Position numbers and translations under genes: made by a program. A DNA stretch of 22,606 nucleotides from an uncultured Aquificales bacterium (GTDB lineage Bacteria; Thermosulfidibacterota; Thermosulfidibacteria; Thermosulfidibacterales; Thermosulfidibacteraceae), in assembly GCA_964411615.1 (NCBI GenBank), contig CAYPLO010000020.1, positions 3,947 to 26,552 of the forward strand, written 5' to 3'. Position 1 is the stretch's first letter. Every line of letters starts with the position of its first letter. The notes under the pieces were generated by a model. It was not told where the DNA came from. It saw nothing but the letters and a program-made list of their open reading frames with translations, and ran no database searches. Below, piece after piece: positions 8,158 to 16,836 of the stretch.

Positions 8158-9414
8158 ATGTCCTTCCACTACAGGGACGGTGTGCTCTTCTGTGAAGAGG
8201 TGCCCCTTGAGGAGATAGCGGGAAAGGTGGGCACCCCCTGCTACGTCTACAGCTACAGCTCAATAGTTGAGGGGATAAGAAGCTACACAGAGCCCCTATC
8301 AGCGGTGGGGGGCTTCCCCTGCTATGCGGTGAAGGCAAACTCAAACCTTGCGGTACTGAGGACCATCTTCAGGGAGGGGGCAGGGGCCGACATAGTGAGC
8401 GGAGGCGAGCTCTTCAGGGCCGTAAGGGCAGGGGTTGACCCTTCAAAGGTGGTCTTCGCAGGGGTGGGCAAGAGGGAAGAGGAGATGGCCTACGCTCTGA
8501 GGATGGGAATCCTCATGTTCAACGTGGAATCATCCCAGGAGCTTGAGGTACTCAACACCGTGGCCCGTGATGTGGGCAAGAAGGCCCCTGTGGCGGTGAG
8601 GGTGAATCCGGATGTGGACCCCAAGACCCACCCCTACATCTCAACGGGGCTGAGGGAGAGCAAGTTCGGTATAGATGTGGAGGAGGCGGTTGAGATTTAT
8701 AAAAGGGCCGCCTCCATGGAGAACGTGGAGGTTGTGGGAATCCACTGCCACATAGGCTCACAGATAACCACTGTATCCCCCTTCGTAGAGGCGGTTAATA
8801 AAGTGCTGGAAGTTGTGGACAGGCTGAGGGAGTTGGGCATCTCCGTAAAATACATGGACATAGGCGGAGGGATAGGGATAAGGTACAAGGACGAAGAGCC
8901 CCCCAGGCCGGAGGAACTTATAGGACTGGTGAAGGAGAAGGTCCTTGAGCGTGGCCTCACCCTCCTCATGGAGCCGGGAAGGTCCGTTGTGGGAAACGCC
9001 GGGGCCTTCCTGACCCGTGTCCTCTACGTGAAGAAGAAGGCCACCAAGACCTTCTACGTGGTTGATGGTGCCATGAACGACCTGGCAAGGCCGGCCCTCT
9101 ACAACGCATACCACGAGATAAGGCCCGTGAGGGAGACAGGGGGCTCCGTGGTTGCCGATGTGGTGGGCCCCATATGCGAGACGGGGGACTTTCTGGCCAA
9201 GGGGAGGGAGCTTCCAGAGGTGAGGAGGGGAGACCTGCTCGCCGTCATGAGCGCAGGAGCTTACGGCTTCACCATGGCCTCAAACTACAACTCCAGGCCC
9301 AGGGTGCCGGAGGTGCTGGTGAGAAAAGACCAGTTCTACGTGGTTAGGGAGAGGGAGAGCTACGAGGACCTGATAAGGGGCGAGAGCATACCCGCCTTCC
9401 TGCTGGAGGGGTAG
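8158..9414 (+). CDS. lysA: Diaminopimelate decarboxylase
   Basis: YAVKANSN (PLP lysine), HCHIGSQI, EPGRSVV, GPICETGD, GAYGFTMASNYNSRPR. Start at ATG 8158 after GGAGG. Confidence 0.97.
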   Translation: MSFHYRDGVLFCEEVPLEEIAGKVGTPCYVYSYSSIVEGIRSYTEPLSAVGGFPCYAVKANSNLAVLRTIFREGAGADIVSGGELFRAVRAGVDPSKVVFAGVGKREEEMAYALRMGILMFNVESSQELEVLNTVARDVGKKAPVAVRVNPDVDPKTHPYISTGLRESKFGIDVEEAVEIYKRAASMENVEVVGIHCHIGSQITTVSPFVEAVNKVLEVVDRLRELGISVKYMDIGGGIGIRYKDEEPPRPEELIGLVKEKVLERGLTLLMEPGRSVVGNAGAFLTRVLYVKKKATKTFYVVDGAMNDLARPALYNAYHEIRPVRETGGSVVADVVGPICETGDFLAKGRELPEVRRGDLLAVMSAGAYGFTMASNYNSRPRVPEVLVRKDQFYVVRERESYEDLIRGESIPAFLLEG

Positions 9415-9415
9415 G

Positions 9416-10210
9416 ATGGAGTTCTCAAAGCTGTCGGGCTCCGGAAACGATTTCATCATAATAGACAACACAGACGGCAGGATAGACGCAGACCAATTCA
9501 GGAAGCTTGTGCCCAGGATATGCAGGAGGGCCGTATCGGTGGGGGCAGACGGGGTGATAATCATAGAGCCCTCGGACAGGGCCAACTTCAGGTGGCGGTT
9601 CTTCAACTCCGACGGCTCAGAGGCGGAGATGTGCGGAAACGGGGGAAGGTGCGCCGCAAGGTTCGCCTATGAGAAGGGGATAGCCCCCGCCACCATGAGC
9701 TTTGAGACCCTGGCGGGAGTGATACAGGCCCAGGTGAAGGGAAGACTGGTCAAGGTGCAGCTCACGGACCCCTACGGATGGGTTATGGACGAACGCCTGG
9801 AGGACCTAGGGGTTGAGTACTGCTTCGTGAACACAGGGGTCCCCCATGTGGTGGTGCTGGTGGAGGATGTGGAAGGGATAGATGTGGAGGGACTGGGAAG
9901 AAGGATAAGGTTCCATCCCCAGTTCCAGCCTGCCGGCACCAACGTGAACTTCGCCCAGGTAAAAGGGGGAAAGCTCTTCGTAAGGACCTACGAGAGGGGT
10001 GTTGAGGCGGAAACCCTGGCCTGCGGAACGGGCTCTGTGGCCTGCGCCCTGATAGCTATAAGGAAGGGGCTCTTATCCTCCCCCGTTGAGGTGGTCACCA
10101 GAAGCGGGGAGGTGCTGAAAGTCCATCTGGAAAATGAGAAGGTGTTTCTGGAAGGTTTGACCAGATGGGTCTACGATGGTTATTTAAGAGAAGAGGCATG
10201 GGAAGAATAG
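9416..10210 (+). CDS. dapF: Diaminopimelate epimerase
   Basis: GNDF, NSDGSEAEMCGNGGRC, NTGVPH, ERGVEAETLACGTG (both catalytic cysteines present). Confidence 0.97.
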   Translation: MEFSKLSGSGNDFIIIDNTDGRIDADQFRKLVPRICRRAVSVGADGVIIIEPSDRANFRWRFFNSDGSEAEMCGNGGRCAARFAYEKGIAPATMSFETLAGVIQAQVKGRLVKVQLTDPYGWVMDERLEDLGVEYCFVNTGVPHVVVLVEDVEGIDVEGLGRRIRFHPQFQPAGTNVNFAQVKGGKLFVRTYERGVEAETLACGTGSVACALIAIRKGLLSSPVEVVTRSGEVLKVHLENEKVFLEGLTRWVYDGYLREEAWEE

Positions 10211-10225
10211 AGCGGGAGGGAGGAG

Positions 10226-11104
10226 ATGTTTAAGGGAGCCTTTGTGGCCATAGTCACTCCATTCAAAAACGGTGTTGTAGATGAGGAGAGGTTCAGGGAG
10301 CTGATAGAGTTCCAGATAGAGAAGGGCACCCACGGAATAGTCCCCTGCGGAACCACGGGAGAGTCGGCCACCCTCAGCTATGAGGAGCACAAGAGGGTGG
10401 TCAGGATAGCGGTGGAGCAGGTGAAGGGAAGGGTCCCCGTGCTGGCAGGGGCAGGGTCCAACAGCACCAGGGAGGCCCTTGAGCTCATAACCTACGCCAA
10501 GGAGGTGGGGGCAGACGGTGCCTTAGTGATAACCCCCTACTACAACAAGCCCACCCAGGAGGGGCTCTACAGGCACTACTCTTACCTTGCCAGAGAGACT
10601 GGGTTCCCCATCGTGGTTTATAATGTGCCCAGCAGGACGGGGATAGACATACTGCCGGAGACGGTGGCCAGGCTGGCAAAGGAGCACAGGAACATCGTGG
10701 GGATAAAGGAGGCCACAGGGTCCGTAAGGAGGACCACCGAGATACTGGAGCTGATTGACAGGGAGGACTTCAGCGTGCTCTCGGGAGACGACTTCATCGT
10801 GTATCCCCTCATATGCGTGGGGGCCAAGGGGGTGATTTCCGTGGTCTCCAACATACTCCCGGACAGGATGGCGGAGCTGGTGGATGCGGCCCTCAACGGG
10901 GACCACAAAAGGGCTAAAGAGCTACACTACTACCTTCAGCCCGCATGCAGGGCCATGTTCCTGGAGACCAACCCCATACCCGTCAAGACCGCCCTGGCCA
11001 TGATGGGCAAGATAGAGGAGGAGCTGAGGCTACCACTGTGCCAGATGTCCCCGGCCAACAGGAAGAAGCTTGAGGAGACCCTCAGAAGCTACAACCTCCT
11101 GTGA
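10226..11104 (+). CDS. dapA: 4-hydroxy-tetrahydrodipicolinate synthase
   Basis: GTTGESATL, PYYNKP, YNVPSRTG, GIKEATG, SGDD, ETNPIPVK. Confidence 0.97.
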   Translation: MFKGAFVAIVTPFKNGVVDEERFRELIEFQIEKGTHGIVPCGTTGESATLSYEEHKRVVRIAVEQVKGRVPVLAGAGSNSTREALELITYAKEVGADGALVITPYYNKPTQEGLYRHYSYLARETGFPIVVYNVPSRTGIDILPETVARLAKEHRNIVGIKEATGSVRRTTEILELIDREDFSVLSGDDFIVYPLICVGAKGVISVVSNILPDRMAELVDAALNGDHKRAKELHYYLQPACRAMFLETNPIPVKTALAMMGKIEEELRLPLCQMSPANRKKLEETLRSYNLL

Positions 11105-11112
11105 GGTGTCCC

Positions 11113-11889
11113 ATGGTTAAGGTGGCGGTGACAGGTGCAGCGGGAAGAATGGGAAGAACCATCCTATCCGTGTGCTCCGAAGACCCTGAGGTTGAGGTTG
11201 TGGGGGCGGTGGAGGCTCCCGGTAGCCCCGCCGTGGGCTCTCAGGTTGCAGGGGTAACCGTAACGGACAGCATGGAGGAGGCCTTTTCACAGGCCCAGGT
11301 GGTCATAGACTTCACCGTTCCGGAGGCCACTGTGAAGGCCCTTGAGGTGTGCAGGGAAAGGGGAATCGCCATGGTGATTGGAACCACCGGCCTCTCCCCC
11401 CAGCAGAAAGAGGAGGTGGAGGAGGCCTCCCGGACAATACCCATCGTCTTCTCCCCCAACATGAGCGTGGGGGTGAACCTGCTATTCAGGCTGGCCCAGC
11501 AGGTGGCAAAGGTGCTGGGAGAAGACTACGATGTGGAGATAGTTGAGGTCCACCACAGGTTCAAGAAGGACGCCCCATCGGGGACGGCCCTGAGGCTGGC
11601 GGAGGTGATTGCGGAAGCACTGGGAAGGGACCTGGACCAGTGCATGACCACGGGCAGAAGGGGGAATGTGGGAGAGAGGAACCCCAAGGAGATAGGGGTG
11701 TTTGCGGTGAGGGCAGGGGATGTTGTGGGTGAGCACACGGTGATATTCGGCGGTCTGGGGGAGAGGATAGAGCTGGTCCACAGGGCCCACAGCAGAGAGA
11801 CCTTCGCCAGAGGAGCGGTAAGGGCCGCAAAGTGGGTGGCTGACAAAGGTCCCGGGCTGTACACCATGTGGGACGTCCTGGGGCTATGA
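11113..11889 (+). CDS. dapB: 4-hydroxy-tetrahydrodipicolinate reductase
   Basis: GAAGRMG, IGTTG, PNMSVGVN, EVHHRFKKDAPSGTA, FARGA. Start at ATG 11113 after GAGGTG. Confidence 0.97.
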   Translation: MVKVAVTGAAGRMGRTILSVCSEDPEVEVVGAVEAPGSPAVGSQVAGVTVTDSMEEAFSQAQVVIDFTVPEATVKALEVCRERGIAMVIGTTGLSPQQKEEVEEASRTIPIVFSPNMSVGVNLLFRLAQQVAKVLGEDYDVEIVEVHHRFKKDAPSGTALRLAEVIAEALGRDLDQCMTTGRRGNVGERNPKEIGVFAVRAGDVVGEHTVIFGGLGERIELVHRAHSRETFARGAVRAAKWVADKGPGLYTMWDVLGL

Positions 11890-13193
11890 GGGTCAGATTC
11901 GCCCCGAGCCCCACAGGATACCTGCATCTTGGAAACGCCAGAGTTGCCCTCTTCAACTACCTGCACTCCCTCAAGCACAACGGGAAGCTCATACTCAGGA
12001 TAGACGACACCGGCCCCGACGCCTCTGAAATATACGAAAAGGCCATAGAGGAGGACCTGAAATGGCTCGGCATCACCTGGAGCCTGAAGCTCAAGCAGTC
12101 CCATAGGCTGGATATATACCAGGAGCACTTTGAAAGGCTTAAGAGAGAGGGGCTGCTCTACCCCTGCTTCTGCACCCCAGAGGAGCTTGAGAGGGAGAGG
12201 CGAGAGGCCCTAAAGGCGGGAAGACCCCCCAGATACAGCGGGAAATGCAGAAGCCTTCCCGAAGATGAGGTGAAGAGGAGGCTATCCCGGAACACCCCCT
12301 GCTGCTGGCGGTTCAGGGTTCCCGAAGATGGTACGGTGAAGGTGAAGGACCTCATCAGGGGAGAGAAGGCCTTTTTGTGCCGAAACTTCGGGGATTTCGT
12401 GGTGAGAAGGAGCGACGGTTCCTTCCTCTACATGTTCACATCGGCCGTGGACGACGCCCTTACGGGCATAGACCTGGTGATAAGGGGAGAGGACCATTAC
12501 ACCAACACCCCCCTACAGGTCCTTGTTATGGAAGCGCTGGGCTACAGGCCCCCAGAGTTTGCCCATCTGCCCCTTCTAACGGACCAGCACGGAAGGCCCT
12601 TCAGCAAGAGGCTGAAGCCCCCAAGCGTAAGGGAGCTGAAGGAGGAGGGCTACATACCTGAGGCGGTGGACCTGTTCCTGGTCCTTCTGGGAACGGGAAA
12701 GAGACCGGAAGAGCCCCTCACCCTGAAGGAGATGGCGAGAGATTTCAACCTCAAAGAGTACGGAAAAAGCAGCTGCAAACTGGACATAGGCTTTCTCAGA
12801 CACTGCAACAGAATCTACATGAGGAAACTTGAAGAGTCCAGGCTATGCTCCCTCTTCAGAAGTCACTGCCCCGAAGCCCGAAGGAAGGTTGAAGAGTTCG
12901 TGCATCTCTTCAGGGAGAACGCAGACACCCTGCGGGAGCTGTGCCTCTTCTACAAAAGGGTGGTTATGGGCCAGCTACCTCCTCAGAAGTTATCGTCCGA
13001 AGAGGAAAAGCTTATGAAGGCCGCCCTCAAAGACCCCTTCACACCTCCCGAGGGAGTATCTAAGGGCAGGTTCTTCAAAACGCTGAGAAGGGTTCTCACC
13101 GGCATGGACAAGGGGCCTCCCCTGAAAGAGATTGTCCAGCTTCTGGGGGAAGAGGAGGTTAAGGGCAGGATAGAGAAGGCCCTTGAGGAGTGA
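11886..13193 (+). CDS. gltX: Glutamate--tRNA ligase (GluRS2-like / possibly non-discriminating)
   Basis: RVRFAPSPTGYLHLGN (HIGH), CFC...C zinc site, IRGEDH, PFSKR (KMSKS equivalent), and a C-terminal anticodon domain LTGMDKGPPL. ATGA overlap with dapB. Confidence 0.9.
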   Translation: MRVRFAPSPTGYLHLGNARVALFNYLHSLKHNGKLILRIDDTGPDASEIYEKAIEEDLKWLGITWSLKLKQSHRLDIYQEHFERLKREGLLYPCFCTPEELERERREALKAGRPPRYSGKCRSLPEDEVKRRLSRNTPCCWRFRVPEDGTVKVKDLIRGEKAFLCRNFGDFVVRRSDGSFLYMFTSAVDDALTGIDLVIRGEDHYTNTPLQVLVMEALGYRPPEFAHLPLLTDQHGRPFSKRLKPPSVRELKEEGYIPEAVDLFLVLLGTGKRPEEPLTLKEMARDFNLKEYGKSSCKLDIGFLRHCNRIYMRKLEESRLCSLFRSHCPEARRKVEEFVHLFRENADTLRELCLFYKRVVMGQLPPQKLSSEEEKLMKAALKDPFTPPEGVSKGRFFKTLRRVLTGMDKGPPLKEIVQLLGEEEVKGRIEKALEE

Positions 13194-13212
13194 GGCCGAA
13201 GAGATATATCTA

Positions 13213-13241
13213 TTGACGAGGAAGGTGGTCTCTGGTATCAG
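13213..13241 (+). promoter_or_regulatory. Putative promoter of tRNA-Lys/tRNA-Glu/mutS
   Basis: TTGACG (13213-13218), 17-nt spacer, TATCAG (13236-13241) preceded by TGn (extended -10). Confidence 0.5.
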
Positions 13242-13257
13242 GTGGCCACAAGTGTGT

Positions 13258-13330
13258 GGGCCGGTAGCTCAGCTGGTAGAGCAACGGCCTTTTAAGCCGT
13301 TGGTCCCAGGTTCGACCCCTGGCCGGCTCA
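13258..13330 (+). tRNA. tRNA-Lys (TTT); CCA not encoded
   Basis: Acceptor GGGCCGG/CCGGCTC, anticodon arm ACGGC-CTTTTAA-GCCGT, T arm CCAGG-TTCGACC-CCTGG, discriminator A followed by CTT. Confidence 0.95.
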
Positions 13331-13335
13331 CTTGT

Positions 13336-13413
13336 GTCCCCGTCGTCTAGCCCGGCCCAGGACACCGGCCTTTCACGCCGGTAACGCGGGTTCAAATCCC
13401 GCCGGGGACACCA
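13336..13413 (+). tRNA. tRNA-Glu (TTC); CCA encoded
   Basis: Acceptor GTCCCCG/CGGGGAC, anticodon arm CCGGC-CTTTCAC-GCCGG, T arm GCGGG-TTCAAAT-CCCGC, ends ACCA. Confidence 0.95.
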
Positions 13414-13433
13414 CCTCCCCCTTTGGGAGTGCC

Positions 13434-15890
13434 ATGGACAGACTCACCCCCATGATTCGCCAGTACAGAGAGATTAAGAGCAAATACCCCGACGCAATAC
13501 TGCTCTTCAGGCTCGGCGACTTCTACGAGATGTTCAACGAGGACGCCCACACAGCCTCCAAGGTCCTCAACATAGCCCTCACCTCCAGAAACAACATGCC
13601 CATGTGCGGCGTCCCCTACCATGCGGCGGAAGGCTACATAAAAAGGCTCTTGGATGCGGGCTTCAAGGTGGCAATATGCGAGCAGGTGGAGGACCCATCA
13701 AAGGCTAAGGGGATAGTGAAGCGAGAGGTTGTGAGGGTCATAACACCGGGGACCTTCATTGAGACGGAAGAGGGGTCCAGGGAAGAGGAGCTGATTGCGG
13801 CTGTGGTGAGGGAGAGAAGAAGGGGAGGGATTGCTGTAGCCAGCATCTCCACAGGACAGCTCACCGTCCACCAGGGAGGCTGGGAGGAGCTTACGGACCT
13901 CATAGACAAGCTCAAACCCAGAACCCTCATACACCCGGAGGGACTCAGGCTTGAGACCGAAGCCTTCACCGAAGAGTGCGACCCCTGGATGTTCGGCTAC
14001 GAGACCGCCAGGGAGGTGGTGAAGGAACACTTCAGGGCGGAACCTGAGAGCCTGGGCCTGAGGGATATGGAGCTGGCCCTGAGGGCCCTGGGAGGCCTCA
14101 TCTACTATCTGAAGAACGTGCAGCTCGCCCCTGTGGAGCACCTGAACAGGGTGGATATTTTCGTCCCCAGGGGGAGGATGTACCTGGATACGGCCACCCT
14201 CCGGCACCTTGAGATACTGGAGAACCTATCCCAGGGAACCACAGAACACACCCTGCTGGAGGTTGTGGACCGAACCCACACCCCCATGGGACACAGGACA
14301 CTCAAAAGGGCCCTCCTGCAGCCCCTCAGGGACAAGGGGGAGATTGAGGAGAGGCTCAGGTCCGTCCAGTTCCTCATGCAGCAGGAGGTTGGTGCCCTGC
14401 TCAGGGGCATAGGGGACATGGAGAGGATAGTCTCCCGTATACAGGGGGGGATGGCAAGGCCCAGGGAGCTCATAGGCCTAAAGGAGGCCCTGAGGAGGGT
14501 CCCCCAGATAAAGGCCCGCATAGAGGGGGCAGAGGTAAAACTCTTAAAAGAGGTGGCGGAGAGGCTCGGGAACTTCAGCCACACGGTTGAGCTGATAGAG
14601 AAGAGCGTATCGGAGAAGGAAGGGGAGATAATAAAGGCGGGCTACAACCGGGAGCTGGACAGACTCAGGGAACTGAGGGACAACTCACAGGAGTGGATAG
14701 CCAGATACGAAGAGAGGGAGAGGGCGAGAACCGGTATCCCCTCCCTCAAGGTGAGATACAACAAGGTCTTCGGCTACTACATAGAGGTTACAAAGGCCCA
14801 CCTCAACAAGGTGCCCAGGGACTACATACGGAAGCAGACCCTAGTCAATGCCGAAAGGTTCATCACCCAGGAGCTTAAAGAAGTTGAGGAGGAGATACTC
14901 ACCGCCTCCGAAAGGATAGAGGAGCTGGAGAAGAAGCTCTACAGGGAGGTGCTTGAGGGGATAGCTTCAGAAGCAGAAGCCCTGAGGGAGACGGCAAGGG
15001 CCATAGGGCTTCTGGACTTCCTCAACAGCCTCGCCACGGTGGCCAAGGAAAGGGGCTGGGTGAAGCCTGAGATACTGGAGACGGGAGAGGTTGTGATAGA
15101 GGAGGGACGCCACCCCGTGGTTGAAGCATCCCTCGGCAGCGGCTTCGTCCCCAACGACACGACGTTGAATCCGGGAGAGGTCCACATAATCACCGGTCCC
15201 AACATGAGCGGCAAGTCCACCTACATAAGGCAGGTGGCCTTAATAGTTCTCCTTGCACAGATAGGCTCCTTCGTCCCCGCCAGAAGGGCCTCCATAACCC
15301 CTGTGGACAGAATCATGACCAGGATAGGCTCCGCCGACAACCTGGCCAGGGGGCAGTCCACCTTCATGGTGGAGATGACGGAGACCGCCAACATACTCAA
15401 CAACGCCACCAAGGACTCCCTCATCATACTGGACGAGATAGGGAGGGGAACCAGCACCTACGACGGCGTGGCCATAGCCTGGGCAACGGTGGAGTACATA
15501 AAGGACCGCATAAGGGCAAAGACCCTATTTGCCACCCACTACCACGAGCTCACCCAGCTCGCCCACAGGTATCCGGAGGTGAAGAACTTCAGGATAGACG
15601 TGAGGGAGTGGAGGGACAGGGTCATATTCACCCACAAGCTGGTGCCGGGAGGGGCTGACAAGAGCTACGGGATATACGTGGCCCAGATTGCGGGACTCCC
15701 GGAGGAGGTGGTGAGAAGGGCAAAGGAGATACTCCACATGCTGGAAAGCAGAAGCGAAAAGACCTCTCTACCCCTCTACGAACACCCGGTGATAACCAGA
15801 CTCAGGATGCTGAACCTGAAGAAAATCACACCTCTGGAAGCCGTGATGCTCTTAGAGGAGCTCAAAAGGATGGCTATAGAAGAGCCCTGA
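13434..15890 (+). CDS. mutS: DNA mismatch repair protein MutS (MutS1)
   Basis: [18 protein letters not shown] (mismatch-binding FxE), [42 protein letters not shown]. The true start is ATG 13434; the ORF-track start lies in the tRNA region. Confidence 0.97.
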   Translation: MDRLTPMIRQYREIKSKYPDAILLFRLGDFYEMFNEDAHTASKVLNIALTSRNNMPMCGVPYHAAEGYIKRLLDAGFKVAICEQVEDPSKAKGIVKREVVRVITPGTFIETEEGSREEELIAAVVRERRRGGIAVASISTGQLTVHQGGWEELTDLIDKLKPRTLIHPEGLRLETEAFTEECDPWMFGYETAREVVKEHFRAEPESLGLRDMELALRALGGLIYYLKNVQLAPVEHLNRVDIFVPRGRMYLDTATLRHLEILENLSQGTTEHTLLEVVDRTHTPMGHRTLKRALLQPLRDKGEIEERLRSVQFLMQQEVGALLRGIGDMERIVSRIQGGMARPRELIGLKEALRRVPQIKARIEGAEVKLLKEVAERLGNFSHTVELIEKSVSEKEGEIIKAGYNRELDRLRELRDNSQEWIARYEERERARTGIPSLKVRYNKVFGYYIEVTKAHLNKVPRDYIRKQTLVNAERFITQELKEVEEEILTASERIEELEKKLYREVLEGIASEAEALRETARAIGLLDFLNSLATVAKERGWVKPEILETGEVVIEEGRHPVVEASLGSGFVPNDTTLNPGEVHIITGPNMSGKSTYIRQVALIVLLAQIGSFVPARRASITPVDRIMTRIGSADNLARGQSTFMVEMTETANILNNATKDSLIILDEIGRGTSTYDGVAIAWATVEYIKDRIRAKTLFATHYHELTQLAHRYPEVKNFRIDVREWRDRVIFTHKLVPGGADKSYGIYVAQIAGLPEEVVRRAKEILHMLESRSEKTSLPLYEHPVITRLRMLNLKKITPLEAVMLLEELKRMAIEEP

Positions 15891-16836
15891 CCCTTATCCT
15901 CTCCACCCTCACCCCTGAAGACTTAACAGCCGCCCTGACGGTCCTCAGAAACCTGTCCAGGCCAACCCGGGGCACGGTGGCCACCCTCTTCGGTCTGTGG
16001 GGACAGGATGGCATGCTGTAGTCGCCTTTAAGGTGGAACCGCCTCAGGTTCTCAAAGACCTCCTCCTTGTTGAAGGCCACAAGGGGCCTGAGAACTGACA
16101 CCTCCGAAGCCCTCTCAATGAAGGTCACAGCCGGCAGGGTCTGGCTCGCCTGCTCCCCCAGTATCTCCCCCGTGGAGACGGCCTGGAATCCGTGCTCCTT
16201 CGCAATACGAGAGGCCAGATGGAGCATGGCCCCCTTGCAGAAGAGGCAGAACATGCGGGAGGGGACCGCCCCTTTTAATTTTTCAAGAACGGGAACGAAG
16301 TGAACGATAAAGAGCTCCACCTCCATCCCCGGCATGAAGAATGCCACATCCCTTGCCGAATCCAGGACAAAATCCCTACCAGCCCCGGTGTCCATGAAGA
16401 GGAGGGAGACCCTCTGCCCCCTCCTGGCCATCAGAAGGGAGGCGAGGACAGAATCGGGGCCTCCAGAGAAGAGCTGAAGCACACTGCCACCAACCCCCAC
16501 AGGGTATCCCCCGGGAAGCCTCTCCTTATGGTGAAGGGCCAGGACGCCCCATTCCGTCATCTCAACCTCGGCTCCTTCTGGCGCATCACCATCCACCCTG
16601 GTGTACCTGTACAGGACGGAAAGTCCAAACTGGGTCCTCAGCACGGGGATAACCTCATCCCTCCAGGGCAAAAGGAACCTCACCCCCATGCGGATAACGG
16701 GAACAGATGAGACAACCTCAAGCCTGCTCTTCAGGTGCCTCTCAAGGGCCTCCAGAAAGGCCCTGCGGGTACCGGGAGACTTGAGGGTTATCTCGGCTCC
16801 GGGGCTGAGGATAACACCCTCAGGGGGGACCTCCAA
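15874..16836 (-). CDS. ThiI-like PP-loop sulfurtransferase, CXXC+C type, THUMP domain apparently truncated
   Basis: N-terminus AEITLKS...RRAF resembles the ThiI ferredoxin-like domain. Further motifs: [56 protein letters not shown] start with GGAGG directly after the lptD stop. Confidence 0.8.
   Translation of the reverse strand: MEVPPEGVILSPGAEITLKSPGTRRAFLEALERHLKSRLEVVSSVPVIRMGVRFLLPWRDEVIPVLRTQFGLSVLYRYTRVDGDAPEGAEVEMTEWGVLALHHKERLPGGYPVGVGGSVLQLFSGGPDSVLASLLMARRGQRVSLLFMDTGAGRDFVLDSARDVAFFMPGMEVELFIVHFVPVLEKLKGAVPSRMFCLFCKGAMLHLASRIAKEHGFQAVSTGEILGEQASQTLPAVTFIERASEVSVLRPLVAFNKEEVFENLRRFHLKGDYSMPSCPHRPKRVATVPRVGLDRFLRTVRAAVKSSGVRVERIRVRALL

Noticed and set aside
11886..13193. gltX as GluQ (glutamyl-queuosine tRNA-Asp synthetase)
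   Set aside because: GluQ lacks the anticodon-binding domain (~300 aa total); this protein is 435 aa and retains it.
2940..13413. tRNA 3' ends as integration (att) sites for an island
   Set aside because: I saw no duplicated tRNA 3' fragment, integrase or compositional shift; flanking genes are core functions.
13210..13433. 61-aa minus-strand ORF and the 34-aa N-terminal extension of MutS
   Set aside because: Both are translations of the tRNA-Lys/tRNA-Glu genes.
15874..15890. 17-nt convergent overlap of the mutS and thiI-like 3' ends
   Set aside because: Common in compact genomes; no sign of truncation, as MutS keeps its C-terminal ITPLEA helix.
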